The notes under the pieces were generated by a model. The model was given only the letters and a program-made list of their open reading frames with translations, ran no database searches and was not told where the DNA came from. A stretch of DNA of 64,000 nucleotides from an uncultured bacterium (GTDB lineage Bacteria > Patescibacteriota > Doudnabacteria > UBA920): assembly GCA_963749445.1 (NCBI GenBank), contig CAVVMJ010000010.1, positions 117,738 through 181,737 on the forward strand. The letters run 5' to 3'. Shown here piece by piece: positions 28,249 through 38,893 of this stretch; positions within the stretch are counted from its first letter, which is position 1, and each line of letters starts with the position of its first letter. The position numbers were made by a program, and so were the translations under genes.

Positions 28249-29256
28249 CTACCTCGCGCTCAAAATACTTTTTTTGTAACTGTCCAAGTTGTCCAAAGCC
28301 ACGCCCGTGCCTTTGGCTACACAGAGGAGCGGCTGTTCGGCAACGAAACAGGAGACGCCCACGCTTTGCGCGATGTAGTGGTCAAGGTTGCGCAGCAAAG
28401 CGCTGCCGCCAGTCATAACCATGCCTTTATCGATGATATCCGAAGCCAGTTCCGGCGGCGTGTCCTGGAGCACGGTTTTAACGGCCCTGACTATTTCCTT
28501 TAATTCATCATGGATGGCTTCCACGACTTCGTTGGTGGTGACGGTAACGGTTTTGGGCAGGCCGGAAACCATATCACGGCCCTTAATTTCCATAACTTCC
28601 TCTTCGGGCACGGCCAGGGCGCTGCCGATGGTGATTTTGATTTCTTCGGCCGTGCGGTCGCCGATGGCAATGCTGTGCTTTTTGCGGACAAAGTCGATGA
28701 TAGCCTGGTCAAAACGGTTGCCGGCCACGCGCACCGAAGTGGAGTTGACAATCCCGCCAAGCGACAGTACGGCCACGTCCGTGGTGCCGCCGCCAATGTC
28801 GATGATTAAATTCCCCGAAGCCGAAGCAATCGGGATGCCGGCGCCAATGGCCGCGGCCACGGTTTCTTTGATTACATACGCGGCCTTGGCGCCGGCCGCC
28901 ATGGCCGCGTCCACCACGGCCCGCCGTTCGGTGGAAGTAATGCCGCCGGGAACGCTAATCATGACCTCGGGCCGGAAAAACCTAATGTTGCCCAAAGCTT
29001 TATTAATAAAATAACGCAGCATGGCTTCGGTCACGCGGTAATCGGCAATCACGCCGTCCTTCATCGGCCGACTGGCCACAATGGTTTCCGGCGTGCGCCC
29101 GAGCATTTCCTTGGCTTCCTGGCCCACGGCCAAAACGCGGTTATCGTCAAGCGAAATCGCCACCACGGTCGGCTCGTTAATAATTATTCCCCGCTTGGGC
29201 AAATAAACCAAAGTGTTGGCCGTGCCCAGGTCTATCCCGATTTTGTTCTGAAACAT
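28249..29256 (-). CDS. mreB: Rod shape-determining protein MreB/Mbl
   Basis: IGIDLGTANT, RPMKDGVIADY, DIGGGTTDVA, TGGSALL; start at ATG 29256 because the upstream QLQLQL stretch is repeat-derived. Confidence 0.95.
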   Translation of the reverse strand: MFQNKIGIDLGTANTLVYLPKRGIIINEPTVVAISLDDNRVLAVGQEAKEMLGRTPETIVASRPMKDGVIADYRVTEAMLRYFINKALGNIRFFRPEVMISVPGGITSTERRAVVDAAMAAGAKAAYVIKETVAAAIGAGIPIASASGNLIIDIGGGTTDVAVLSLGGIVNSTSVRVAGNRFDQAIIDFVRKKHSIAIGDRTAEEIKITIGSALAVPEEEVMEIKGRDMVSGLPKTVTVTTNEVVEAIHDELKEIVRAVKTVLQDTPPELASDIIDKGMVMTGGSALLRNLDHYIAQSVGVSCFVAEQPLLCVAKGTGVALDNLDSYKKSILSAR

Positions 29257-29471
29257 GAATAATTGTAATTGTAATTGTAATTGTAATTGGTTATTAGTTG
29301 TAGCGGCCGGTTTAGTCATTAGTTATTAGGCAAAAGGCGGAAAGACCTAAGACCACCGCCTTACAACCACACTGGCCGCCACAACCTATAACCTATTCCT
29401 TATTCAATGCTTATTATAACAAAACCGCGCCGTTTGTTAAAGCCCGGATTTTGAGCTAAAATAATGTCATC

Positions 29472-30773
29472 ATGAGCAAAAAAATCCGCTACATCCTGCT
29501 GGCCGGCATTTTTGTGGTTTTTTTGATTCTGGCGCCCTTAGTTGTCCTGTATGTCCGGGGCATGAGTTTTGATTTTGCCCAAAAAAAATTCGTGCAAACC
29601 GGCGTTTTGATTCTGCGAGGCGACCCAGGCGACGCCCGGGTTTCATTGGATGGCAAGCCGGTCAGCCAATCGGTTAAAGATTTAGATTTTCTGCTGCCCG
29701 GAGAATACCAAATCGCGCTGAAAAAAACCGGTTACCAGACTTGGGAAAAACGCCTGACCGTGGCCGGCGGGCAGGTAACCTGGGGCAGCCCGGTCAATGG
29801 CAAAATTTATCTTTTTTTAGGCCAGCCGAAAATATCAAACCTCACCGGACCGGTGGCGAATTTTTTGCTGCTGCCTAGTCAAGACCGCTTAGCCGTCCTG
29901 AATCAAAACAGCTTGATGATTGGCCCGCCTGACAATCCGAGCAGCGGCGTTGCGTTTACTTTGCCTAAATCAGCCGACTCAATAGTTGCCAGCGCCGGCG
30001 GCGATGAGTTTATTTTGCAAAACGCTTCGGGTACGGTTGCGACTGCTCTTTACGCCAGTCTGCCGGATAAAAAAATCATTGACCTAAGCGGCCTGTTTGC
30101 CGGTCCCGCAACTTGGAGTTTTGACGGTAACGGCCGGCTGTACGCTTTATCGGGCAACAATTTTTATCTGATAACTCCCGGGAGCCGGGACAAACTCCTG
30201 CTGCAAAACTCCGTTTTGTCCGCGACTTTCCTGAATAACGACTTGTACCTCCTAAAACAAGAAGCCACCAGCACAAGTTTGCAAATTTGCCCCGACCCGG
30301 CCCAAGCCTGCCAGGATATTACCGATAACCTACCGGCATTCAAGCAGGCCGAAATCATTATCACTTTTGAAAAACAGGTTTTTTTGCTGGCTGACGGCGC
30401 ATTCTATAAATTCGGCGGCAGCCTGGAACTCCTGGATGACAACATCACCGCCTGGAATTTTGACGCCGGCCAATCAACGCTAATATTTTTCCGCGACGGC
30501 GAACTGGACTACATCAATCCCTTTGACAATAATCTTGATTTTATTACCCGCCGTAGCGACCGGCTCACAAATCCGCTACTCAGCTTAAGCTTAAACGAGA
30601 CCTTTTTCGCGGAGAACAACAAAATCAAAGTCCTGGAATTGGATACCCGCGACCACCAGAACGAATATGATTTGTACTCCGGCGCCGACATAAAAAAATT
30701 CGCCCTTTTCGGCGACGGCAGGACTTTGCTGGTGCTGGATGGGGGTACGCTGAAAACTGTAAATATCAGATAA
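29472..30773 (+). CDS. PEGA-domain membrane-anchored protein with a predicted beta-propeller-like region
   Basis: N-terminal TM, TG.L...DP.DA.V.LDG, LLPGEY...LKKTGY..WEK. Confidence 0.8.
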   Translation: MSKKIRYILLAGIFVVFLILAPLVVLYVRGMSFDFAQKKFVQTGVLILRGDPGDARVSLDGKPVSQSVKDLDFLLPGEYQIALKKTGYQTWEKRLTVAGGQVTWGSPVNGKIYLFLGQPKISNLTGPVANFLLLPSQDRLAVLNQNSLMIGPPDNPSSGVAFTLPKSADSIVASAGGDEFILQNASGTVATALYASLPDKKIIDLSGLFAGPATWSFDGNGRLYALSGNNFYLITPGSRDKLLLQNSVLSATFLNNDLYLLKQEATSTSLQICPDPAQACQDITDNLPAFKQAEIIITFEKQVFLLADGAFYKFGGSLELLDDNITAWNFDAGQSTLIFFRDGELDYINPFDNNLDFITRRSDRLTNPLLSLSLNETFFAENNKIKVLELDTRDHQNEYDLYSGADIKKFALFGDGRTLLVLDGGTLKTVNIR

Positions 30774-30799
30774 CAATCTTTACTATCACGCAACATTAA

Positions 30800-31216
30800 C
30801 TACGCTTGTAGCGCTTCGTCAATAGCTTCATTCACCAACTTATCGGCTTCCTGATTTTGCTCGCGGGGAACGTGACGAAAGGTCACGTTTTTAAAATGAT
30901 TGCGTAATTTTAAGACATCGGCGGCCAAAAGTTTGAGCGCCGGCTCTTTGATTTTGTACTGCCCGTTCATTTGGCGGACAATCAATTCCGAATCCATTCG
31001 AATCTCTAGGGCTAAGGGTTTAGGGCTAAGGGCTAAGGCTTCTGACAATGCCAAAATCAATGCCCGATACTCAGCCACGTTGTTCGTGGCTGCGCCGATG
31101 TATTGCTTATGCCGGCTGATGATTTTTTGATGCTCATCGGCAATGACCGCGCCAATCCCGGCCGGCCCCGGATTGCCCCTCGCCCCCCCGTCGGTATTGA
31201 TAATAAGTTTTGTCAT
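30800..31216 (-). CDS. rnhA: Ribonuclease HI family protein
   Basis: TDGGARGNPGPAG, TNNVAEY, DSELIVRQ, HVPREQNQEAD. Confidence 0.92.
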   Translation of the reverse strand: MTKLIINTDGGARGNPGPAGIGAVIADEHQKIISRHKQYIGAATNNVAEYRALILALSEALALSPKPLALEIRMDSELIVRQMNGQYKIKEPALKLLAADVLKLRNHFKNVTFRHVPREQNQEADKLVNEAIDEALQA

Positions 31217-31239
31217 CTGAAATTTTTTTGTATAACGTA

Positions 31240-31335
31240 GAAATTGCGAGGAGCCAGGGCTTTATCTGGCGACGAAGCAATCCCGATATTTTTTGGGATT
31301 GCCGCGCCCCTCGCTGCATCGGGGCTCGCAATTTC
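31240..31335. repeat. Gene-less palindrome of the GIY-YIG-flanking type
   Basis: GAAATTGCGAG...CGAAGCAATCCC..GGGATTGC...CTCGCAATTTC. Confidence 0.85.
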
Positions 31336-31344
31336 CACTAATTT

Positions 31345-33236
31345 TCAAACTGATTTTCTAATATCTATAATCCGCAGTTTCGCCTGCTCGTATCCATTCC
31401 ATCCGTCGCGGATGAGTTCCGCCGCAACGTCTACATTATCGCCCACTTTTAAAGTTTTGGCAAAATCGCCGCAGTTGAACATTATGGCCGGTATGATGAG
31501 CCTTGTCATTCCTGAAATCGCGAGTGCAGCCGAAGCGATCCAGTTCTTTAGCAGGATTGCTTCGCCCTCGGCTGCACTCGGGCTCGCAATTTCATCGTTT
31601 GAGCTTAACTGCATCTGCAAGTGCTGCTGGCTAGTTCCAACCAGCCGGACGGAATTGATTTTTAAATTGCGGATGAGAAACTTGGGTTTGGGGTTGCCCA
31701 CGCCGAGGGGCTCTAATTGCTGCAACAATTGACAATTAACAATTGACAATTGACTGCCATCCAGTTCTGCTTCCAATAATAACTGATGATGTAAATCAGT
31801 TTCAGAAAGGCTTGCCTCCGCGTACTCCAAAATCTTTTTATAAAATTCCTCGTATTCCGCGGTTTTCAAAGTCAGTCCCGCGGCCTGCTGGTGCCCGCCG
31901 AATTTTACAAGATGTTCGGAAGCAAATTTTAATGCCTCAATAATATTAAATTCCCCAACCGTGCGCGCCGAGCCGGTAGATTCCGTTTCCCCTCTATCTA
32001 AAATAATCGTCGGCTTGTAAAATTCTTCCGCAATGCGACCCGCCACCAAACCGACCACGCCTTTGGGCCAATCCCGCCCTAGCAGAATCAAAACTTTGCG
32101 GTCTTGGTATTTTACCGCCTGCTCGCGCGCTTCACTTAGCAACTGCCCGGTCAAATCCTGCCGGCGGCGGTTAATTTGCTCCAAGGCCAAGGCTTTTTGC
32201 TGGGCGGCCAACGCATCGGTTTCCATTAAAAGATGTAGGGCGACATTGGCGTGCTCCAACCGGCCCGCGGCATTCAGCCGCGGCGCAATGATAAAGCCAA
32301 GTGTATAAGTATCCATCGGTTTCCAGAAGGCGCCCTCTTGCAGACCGGCTGATATCATCAGCGCTTTCAAACCAACCCACCGCGTCTTAGCCAAAACCTT
32401 GAGCCCGTATTTTACCAAAATCCGGTTTTCGCCGAGCAGACTGTGGCAGTCCGCCACCGTGCCGATGGCGACAAGGTCTAACAGCCATTTTTCCCATCCT
32501 TGAATAACGGATGATCCGCGTGTAAATCCGCGTAGCCGATCCGCGTGTAAATCCGCGGCGCGCAGCAACCCACAGGCCAATTTAAACGCCACGCCCACCC
32601 CAGTTAAGTCGTGATACAGATATTTGTCGCCTGAATTTTTTGGATTTATCAGCGCGTAGGCTTTCGGCAGTTCGCCGATGATTTCATGGTGATCGGTAAT
32701 GATTAAATCGATATTGTTCGCGCGACAAAAATTAGCGGCGTCAACCGAGTTTGTGCCGCAGTCAACGGTAATGATTATCCTTGATCCTCCATCCTTAATC
32801 TTTGACAATGCGTCAACGTTGACCCCATAACCTTCGGCAAACCTGTCGGGGATGTAACTTTCAACCTCAACGCCCAAATAACGAAACGTTTGCTGCAACA
32901 CGGCATTGGCCGTAACCGCATCCGCGTCGTAGTCGCCATAAATACAAATTCGCTGATGTTTATCAATCGCTTCCCAAATCCTGTCCACCGCCTTTTGCAT
33001 ATCCCCAAACAAAAACGGGCCATGCAAATTTTCATACTTGGGATATAAAAATTCCTCAATCTGATTTTTCTCGGTTAATCCTCGATTAAACAACAATTGA
33101 GACAACAATCGCAAATCCCCTTCCCCTCTGGGGGAAGGTGGCCGGAGGCCAGATGAGGGTTCTCTGTGAATATTTGTCTGATTTTCGCCAAAATCTCTTC
33201 CGTCACCTGCGATTTTAGTTTCCAATTTTTAGGCAT
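31345..33236 (-). CDS. recJ: ssDNA exonuclease RecJ, with repeat-derived inserts and a frameshift near 33160
   Basis: YGDYDADA, TVDCG, TDHH, GTVAD, PRLNAAGRL, GGHQQAAG; the likely true N-terminus MPKNWKLK (ATG 33236) is out of frame with the main ORF. Confidence 0.93.
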
Positions 33237-33269
33237 ATCAATTATTGTATCATTATCTTAAATACAATT

Positions 33270-33297
33270 GTAGGGGCGGGTCTAGACCCGCCCCTAC
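33270..33297. repeat. GTAG-type REP palindrome
   Basis: GTAGGGGCGGGTCTAGACCCGCCCCTAC. Confidence 0.8.
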
Positions 33298-33318
33298 AAA
33301 GCAATCCTTGATATATAA

Positions 33319-34923
33319 CTAGCGGCTCTCAATCACATCCAGCAAATTCACGCCGGTCATTTCACGAGGTTTGGGCAGGCCGAACAAATCCAAAATCGTG
33401 GGCGCGACGTCGCAGATTACGCCTTCCGGCACCATAGCCGCCAGGGCCGCAAAACCGCGCCGGCGCGGCGCGCTGAATTTAAACTCGTTAGCGATTAGCA
33501 AAAACGGCACCGGATTGGTAGTATGGTCTTTGTCAATCTCGCCGGTTTTGGTGTTGATCATTTGTTCGCAGTTGCCGTGGTCGGAAGTTAAAATTAACAC
33601 CGCGTCGCAAAGCAACGCCGCGTTCATAATTTTCTTTAGGCAATCATCCAAAAATTCTACGGCCAAAACGCAGGCTTTAAGGTTGCCGGTATGCCCGACC
33701 ATGTCGGAGTTGGCGTAATTGGCCACGAAAAAATTGGTTTTGGTGCCCGAAATCCTATCCGTTAAAATTTTAGTGAGCTCCGCCGCCGACATTTGGGGAT
33801 GGTCCACGTAGTTGCGGCTGTTTTCCGGGCTGGTAACGATTACCCGCTCCTCGCCGGGCAGCTTTTCGGTGCGGCCGCAGTTAAAAAACGAAGTCACGTG
33901 GGCGTACTTTTCGCTTTCGGCAATGTGGAACTGGCTATAGCCACGGCGCGACAAAATTTCGGCCAAATTGTTTTTTAAATCCACGGGCGGGAAAGCGGCT
34001 TCCGCCGGCAGCCCGGGAGCGTACTGGGTCATGGTGGCAAAATACAGATGCTGCAGCCGCCGGCCCAAAAACCCGTCCGGAATTTTACCGGGCTCCACAA
34101 ACGCCCTTGTTAACTGCAGCGTCCGGTCGGAACGGTAATTAAAAAAAATCACGGCATCGTTGTCGGCAATCCTGCCCACCGCAGCGCCGTCTTCGCGCAC
34201 CATAACCGTAGGCTTAATCATCTCGTCAAAAATTTGCTGATCGTAATTGTGCTTTAAGCAGAGCTCCGCCGACACGGCCGTCTCGCCAACACCTTCTACC
34301 AGGGCCTGGTAAGTCAAAAACGTCTGGTTCCAATGGCCGCCGCGGTCCATGGCGTAAAACCGGCCCGTCACGGTGGCAATCTGGCCGACGCCGGTGATGG
34401 CGATTTTTTCCCGCAGTTTTTTCAGCGTGTCCAAAGCGACTTTTTCCGCGGTGTCGCGCCCGTCCGTAAACATATGGATAAACACGCGCTTGAAATTCCG
34501 TTCGGCGCAAAGGCCCAAAAGCGCGTACAAATGTTCATCCAGACTGTGGACGCCGCCGGGGCTGACCATCCCCATTAAATGCAAATTGGAATTATTATGT
34601 TCAGCGTGTTCAATGGCGCCCAAAAAAACCGGGTTGGAAAAAAACTCACGGTTTTGGACGGCTAAGGAAATGCGCGGCAAATCCTGGCCCACAATCCGGC
34701 CGGCGCCCAAATTCAAATGGCCGACTTCGCTGTTGCCCATTTCGCCCCAGGGCAGGCCGACCAAAGGCCCGCTGGCCTGCAAAGCCAAGGCAGGGTAATT
34801 GGCCATAATGTAATTTAACGTCGGCGTCCCGGCGCGGGTAATGGCGTTGCCGGGCACGGCCGGCGCCACGCCGAAACCGTCAAAAATCACCAGGACAACC
34901 TTTTTGTAATATTTGTGGCTCAC
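33319..34923 (-). CDS. gpmI: 2,3-BPG-independent phosphoglycerate mutase
   Basis: DGFG, MGNSEVGH, DGRD, GRFYAMDR, ESEKYAHVT, DMVGHTG, SDHGN. Confidence 0.95.
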   Translation of the reverse strand: MSHKYYKKVVLVIFDGFGVAPAVPGNAITRAGTPTLNYIMANYPALALQASGPLVGLPWGEMGNSEVGHLNLGAGRIVGQDLPRISLAVQNREFFSNPVFLGAIEHAEHNNSNLHLMGMVSPGGVHSLDEHLYALLGLCAERNFKRVFIHMFTDGRDTAEKVALDTLKKLREKIAITGVGQIATVTGRFYAMDRGGHWNQTFLTYQALVEGVGETAVSAELCLKHNYDQQIFDEMIKPTVMVREDGAAVGRIADNDAVIFFNYRSDRTLQLTRAFVEPGKIPDGFLGRRLQHLYFATMTQYAPGLPAEAAFPPVDLKNNLAEILSRRGYSQFHIAESEKYAHVTSFFNCGRTEKLPGEERVIVTSPENSRNYVDHPQMSAAELTKILTDRISGTKTNFFVANYANSDMVGHTGNLKACVLAVEFLDDCLKKIMNAALLCDAVLILTSDHGNCEQMINTKTGEIDKDHTTNPVPFLLIANEFKFSAPRRRGFAALAAMVPEGVICDVAPTILDLFGLPKPREMTGVNLLDVIESR

Positions 34924-34938
34924 GTCAAAGACTCTTCC

Positions 34939-35025
34939 TGTCTTTACTAACTACTAATCTTTACGAATATACTAATGTCGGCAAACTTATTCGTATATTA
35001 GTATTGATTGTAGTCAGTAAAGACA
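34939..35025. repeat. Tandem-repeat hairpin (TACTAAT/ACGAAT unit)
   Basis: ACGAATATACTAAT / ATTCGTATATTAGTA; sister copy at 45255-45362. Confidence 0.75.
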
Positions 35026-35026
35026 A

Positions 35027-36280
35027 TTATTTGGTTTTTATTTGTTCCTCAATTTCCATCAACCGGTTATATTTGCACACTCTTTCCCCTCTTGTCGGCC
35101 CAACTTTAATCCACTTGCTGCCGACTGCCACGGCCAAATCCACCAAAAAAGTATCGTTAGTCTCCCCGCCGCCGCGATGGGAAGGGATAGTAAGCATCTG
35201 ATGTTTGTTTGCAAGTAAACAGCAATCCATAGTTTCAGTAACCGTGCCGGCCTGGTTTAGTTTGATAAGAATGGCGTTGGCCGCTTTGAGGTCAATGGCT
35301 TTTTGCCATAATTTGACATTGGTCACGGTCAAATCATCGGCCACAAGCGGGATTGGCGATTGGCTCATTAAAACCGGCCAGTGCTCCCAGTCAAATTCCG
35401 ACAGTAAATCTTCCCAGCAGATGATTGGGTATTTTTTGAGCCAGCCCAGGTACATTTTGATTAATTCCTCGGCCGACAAAATTTTGTTTTCGGCCGCGAG
35501 GTGGTATTTGCCGTCCTTATAAAATTCCGAAGCCGCGGCGTCAATGTATATTCCAGCGTCATCGTAAATTCTATAACCAGCTTTTGTTATGGCTTCAGTT
35601 AAAAGTTCCAAAGGTTTTTCGTTATCCGCAATGCCCTCCGGCGCGAACGCCCCTTCATTGCCCACGTTGGTGGCAAAACCTTTTTCGTGCATAATCGCTT
35701 TTAGGGCTTTATAAACCTCTTCCATCATCCGGATATTTTCCGCCGACGACTGCTCTTTGGTCACCGCTAAAATATATTCCTGCAAATCCGTGGAATTGTC
35801 CGCGTGCTTGCCGCCCTCGATGAACACAGCCAGCGGTTTTGGCAAACGCCAGTCTTTATCCGCAATTTGATAAGCCTGACGCAGATATCGGTATAATTCT
35901 AAATTTTCAGATAACGCCGCGGCCCGCGCAACCGCCATAGATACCCCCAAAATCGCATTAGCACCAAAATTAGACTTGTTTTCAGTACCATCGGCCTGGA
36001 TCATCATATCATCAATTTTGCGCTGCTGAGAGGCAATTTGGCCTACAATCAAAGGGGTAATTTTTGCATTTACATTAGCAACCGCTTTAAGCATGCCTTT
36101 GCCGTTATAACGTTTTTTATCCCCATCAAGCAGCACAAAAGCCTCTTTGCTGCCCGCAGAAGCCCCGTAAGAAACCGATGCCCGGCCAACCGCCCCCGAC
36201 TCCAAAGTTACGTCCACTTCCACGCTCGGCTCCCCGCCGCTGGCCAAAATCTCCCTGGCAAAAATTTTCGCGATTTTCAT
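35027..36280 (-). CDS. eno: Enolase (divergent)
   Basis: AREIL, GKGMLKAV, GANAILGVSMA, DAAASEFY, DDLTVTN, LIKLNQAG, SHR, ERVCKYN; ATG 36280. Confidence 0.9.
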   Translation of the reverse strand: MKIAKIFAREILASGGEPSVEVDVTLESGAVGRASVSYGASAGSKEAFVLLDGDKKRYNGKGMLKAVANVNAKITPLIVGQIASQQRKIDDMMIQADGTENKSNFGANAILGVSMAVARAAALSENLELYRYLRQAYQIADKDWRLPKPLAVFIEGGKHADNSTDLQEYILAVTKEQSSAENIRMMEEVYKALKAIMHEKGFATNVGNEGAFAPEGIADNEKPLELLTEAITKAGYRIYDDAGIYIDAAASEFYKDGKYHLAAENKILSAEELIKMYLGWLKKYPIICWEDLLSEFDWEHWPVLMSQSPIPLVADDLTVTNVKLWQKAIDLKAANAILIKLNQAGTVTETMDCCLLANKHQMLTIPSHRGGGETNDTFLVDLAVAVGSKWIKVGPTRGERVCKYNRLMEIEEQIKTK

Positions 36281-36369
36281 ATCTTTTGATAATTTAATAT
36301 CTAACTTTACTATAGCACAAAAAAACAGGCTTTGTTTGGTTTTCATTCTAAATCCCGCAAACTTTAGCG

Positions 36370-36900
36370 TCATTGTCCAATGACGACTGCAATTAACGTG
36401 AGCAAGCTTACCAAAATCGGAAACCAGACCTGCGCCAGCCACGGCACCGGGATTAAAAACAACACGTCGGGAGTGGTCCAGGAATCAGGCCATCTGATCA
36501 TCAGCCACGTGCCAATGTAAAAAAACAGGTCCCAAGTTGCAAACATCCAAAAAAATATCGCCCACCTTTCCCGGACTTGCTTGGCCGCCAAAAGCGCGAC
36601 GCTGGCCAGCATAACTATGGTTGCCGCTTCCCGATAAAGTTCAATGTCCAGCAAACTTTTAGGCAAGGCATTAACCACCTGGATCGCCGGATAGCCCGGC
36701 AGAACGCCCAAGGCGGCCCTTAAATAAACCACCACGCTGGCTTCCACAAAACCAAAAGCTATCCCAAAAATTCCGGCTATAATCAGCCGTCTTTTGGTTA
36801 AGGCCAAACCGCGTTTACGCCAAAACAAAGATAAACCTATTGGCACTAAAATTAACAAATTCACCCACCATGGTTTGGCAAAAAGCACAAAGCTATCCAT
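36370..36900 (-). CDS. Hypothetical membrane protein
   Basis: Multi-TM protein with E..VVVYLR, E..REAAT, WD.F.Y, D.LFLIP.PW motifs. Confidence 0.75.
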   Translation of the reverse strand: MDSFVLFAKPWWVNLLILVPIGLSLFWRKRGLALTKRRLIIAGIFGIAFGFVEASVVVYLRAALGVLPGYPAIQVVNALPKSLLDIELYREAATIVMLASVALLAAKQVRERWAIFFWMFATWDLFFYIGTWLMIRWPDSWTTPDVLFLIPVPWLAQVWFPILVSLLTLIAVVIGQ

Positions 36901-36973
36901 ATGTTTTATTTCAACGCCTCAATGCCCGAAAGTTTCCGGCCGGCCTGACCCAATTTGGACAAATACTATCATA

Positions 36974-37510
36974 CTACTGTGCATGATAGTTTTTATCCAT
37001 TTTTAAAAGTCGGGTTAATTCTTTACTTAACTTAGTCTTCTCCTTCATCTGCTCAAGCGCCATGGTCAATTTTCGGCGTTGCTTGGCATTCGCGTTCCTG
37101 ATAATTTCATCCAACACCAATTCTGGCCAGTAATACATAGGATATCTCTTTTTGACTTTACTCCAAGATAAAGCACCATCATCAGATTTAGCCGGCTTTT
37201 CTTTTATTCTCCCGGCGATAACTCGATACCCTTCTCCGTACAAATTAAGCCAGGTGTGGACTCTCGCTATGGTGGTGTTACTGACTTTCATTTCCCTTTG
37301 GATGTCCTGATAGGTGCAATCCTCCAAAAGCAAACGGGCAATTTGCAGCCTCCGCGCAAGCATCACCACTTCGCCCTCCGACAACAAATCCTTTATAAAA
37401 TTTGCCGCCTCAACGGGATTCTTAATGGCCGCTAAGGCTTTTGCAAAACCAATAAACAATTCCTGCTGCTGTTCCTTTGTTAAATGTTTCTTTGCATCGT
37501 ATTTGCCCAT
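36974..37510 (-). CDS. TrpR-like (YerC/YecD family) HTH protein
   Basis: F.KDLLS..E..MLARRL.IA.LL....TY..I.....VS..TIARV..WL...GEGY. Confidence 0.88.
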   Translation of the reverse strand: MGKYDAKKHLTKEQQQELFIGFAKALAAIKNPVEAANFIKDLLSEGEVVMLARRLQIARLLLEDCTYQDIQREMKVSNTTIARVHTWLNLYGEGYRVIAGRIKEKPAKSDDGALSWSKVKKRYPMYYWPELVLDEIIRNANAKQRRKLTMALEQMKEKTKLSKELTRLLKMDKNYHAQ

Positions 37511-37522
37511 AAAATTTTGGAC

Positions 37523-37556
37523 AAATACTATCATACTACTGTGTATGATAGTATTT
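37523..37556. promoter_or_regulatory. Palindromic operator-like site upstream of the TrpR-like gene; second copy at its stop codon
   Basis: AAATACTATCATAC-TACTGT-GTATGATAGTATTT; 37516-37552 matches 36954-36990 at 36/37 nt. Confidence 0.7.
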
Positions 37557-37576
37557 AACCACTTTTTGCCATTACT

Positions 37577-38801
37577 CTATTTCAACGCCTCAATGCCCGG
37601 CAATTTTTTGCCGGCCAGGTATTCCAGCATGGCGCCGCCGCCGGTGGAGACGTGGTCGATGTTTTCAAATTGGTGCGCCTGACGGACGGCGTCAACCGTG
37701 TCTCCGCCGCCGACCACGACAAACGCGCGGCCCTTGCCGCGGCCGCCGATGAGCCGCGCCAACGCCATAGTGGCGTGGTGAAAAGGCCTGACTTCAAACC
37801 GTCCTAAGGGGCCGCTCCACAAAATGGTTTTGGCTTTTTTGATTTCCTGGGCGAACGCCAAAATGGTTTTTGGGCCCGCGTCCAAAACCTGTTCTTTTTT
37901 GCCGATGTCATAAGGCGTAGCCACGCGGATGGTGTCTTTGTCCATTTTCTCATCCACCACCACCACGTCCAGCGGCAACATTAACTTGTCCTTATAATTC
38001 TTTTCAATTTCCCAGGCAACCTTTAGCTTCGCCTTCCTCAATTTTGGACAAACCGATCTCCAAACCTTTAGATTTAAACATCAAATTGGCCACTCCCCCG
38101 CCCACCAAAATTTTGTCCGCTTTTTTGCCCAAATTTTCCAATGCCCCGACTTTTTCCGAAAGCTTGATGCCGCCCGTCATCACCACAAACGGATGCTTAA
38201 CGCTTTTAAGCATCATATCCAAAGATTTGATTTCTTTTTCCAAAAGCAAACCGCAATAGCTATCCAAATACTTAGTCACGCCGACCGTGGACGCGGCCGC
38301 ACGATGGTCCACGCCGAACGCGTCATTAACGTAAACATCGGCAAAACTCGCCAATTTTTTGGCAAAAACCGGATCGTCTTTTTCTTCGCCTTCGTAAAAC
38401 CGTAAATTCTCCAGCAAAATAATGTCTTTGGCCGGCGCCATCCCAAGCTGCTCCTGATGTTTTTCTTCCAGAATATTTCCGGTATAAAAAATAAAATGGT
38501 TAATTTGGTATTCCGGCAGCTTATGGTCAGTCTCCAAAAATTTATAGCCCAGCATCTCAGCCATCAATTTGGCCACGGGCTCTAAACTAAATTGCGGGTC
38601 TTTTTTGCCCTTTGGCCGCCCCAAATGCCCGCAAACAATTACCGTATTGCCTGCTGCATGCAAATGTTTAATAGTCGGAATAATTTGCTCAATCCTAAAA
38701 GCGTCGTTAACCTTGCCATTATCAATCGGCACGTTTACGTCCACGCGCAGCAGGACGGTTTTATTTTGGATTTTGGATGTTCGCAAATATTTTATAGCCA
38801 T
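37577..38801 (-). CDS. pgk: Phosphoglycerate kinase (frameshift near 38030)
   Basis: RVDVNVP, HLGRPKG, LLENLRF, NDAFG in one ORF; GGGDT and STGGGA.LEYL in the overlapping ORF. Confidence 0.93.
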
Positions 38802-38893
38802 AAAAAATTATGAATTTGCGAGGAGCCAGGGCTTTAACTGGCGACGAAGCAATCTCATTAAATATTGGGATTACTTAGGCTGCACTCGCAATT

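Noticed and set aside
29257-29319. N-terminal extensions on MreB (QLQLQL), RuvX, DUF559, enolase and the hydrolase in the ORF track
   Set aside because: They are read-through of upstream repeats or overlaps; the family motifs begin at downstream ATGs.
33150-38041. Single-base frameshifts in recJ (~33160) and pgk (~38030), also the PKD gene (~1590), as phase variation
   Set aside because: Each is repaired by one base in a 2-4-nt run and there is no long slippery tract, so assembly error is likely.
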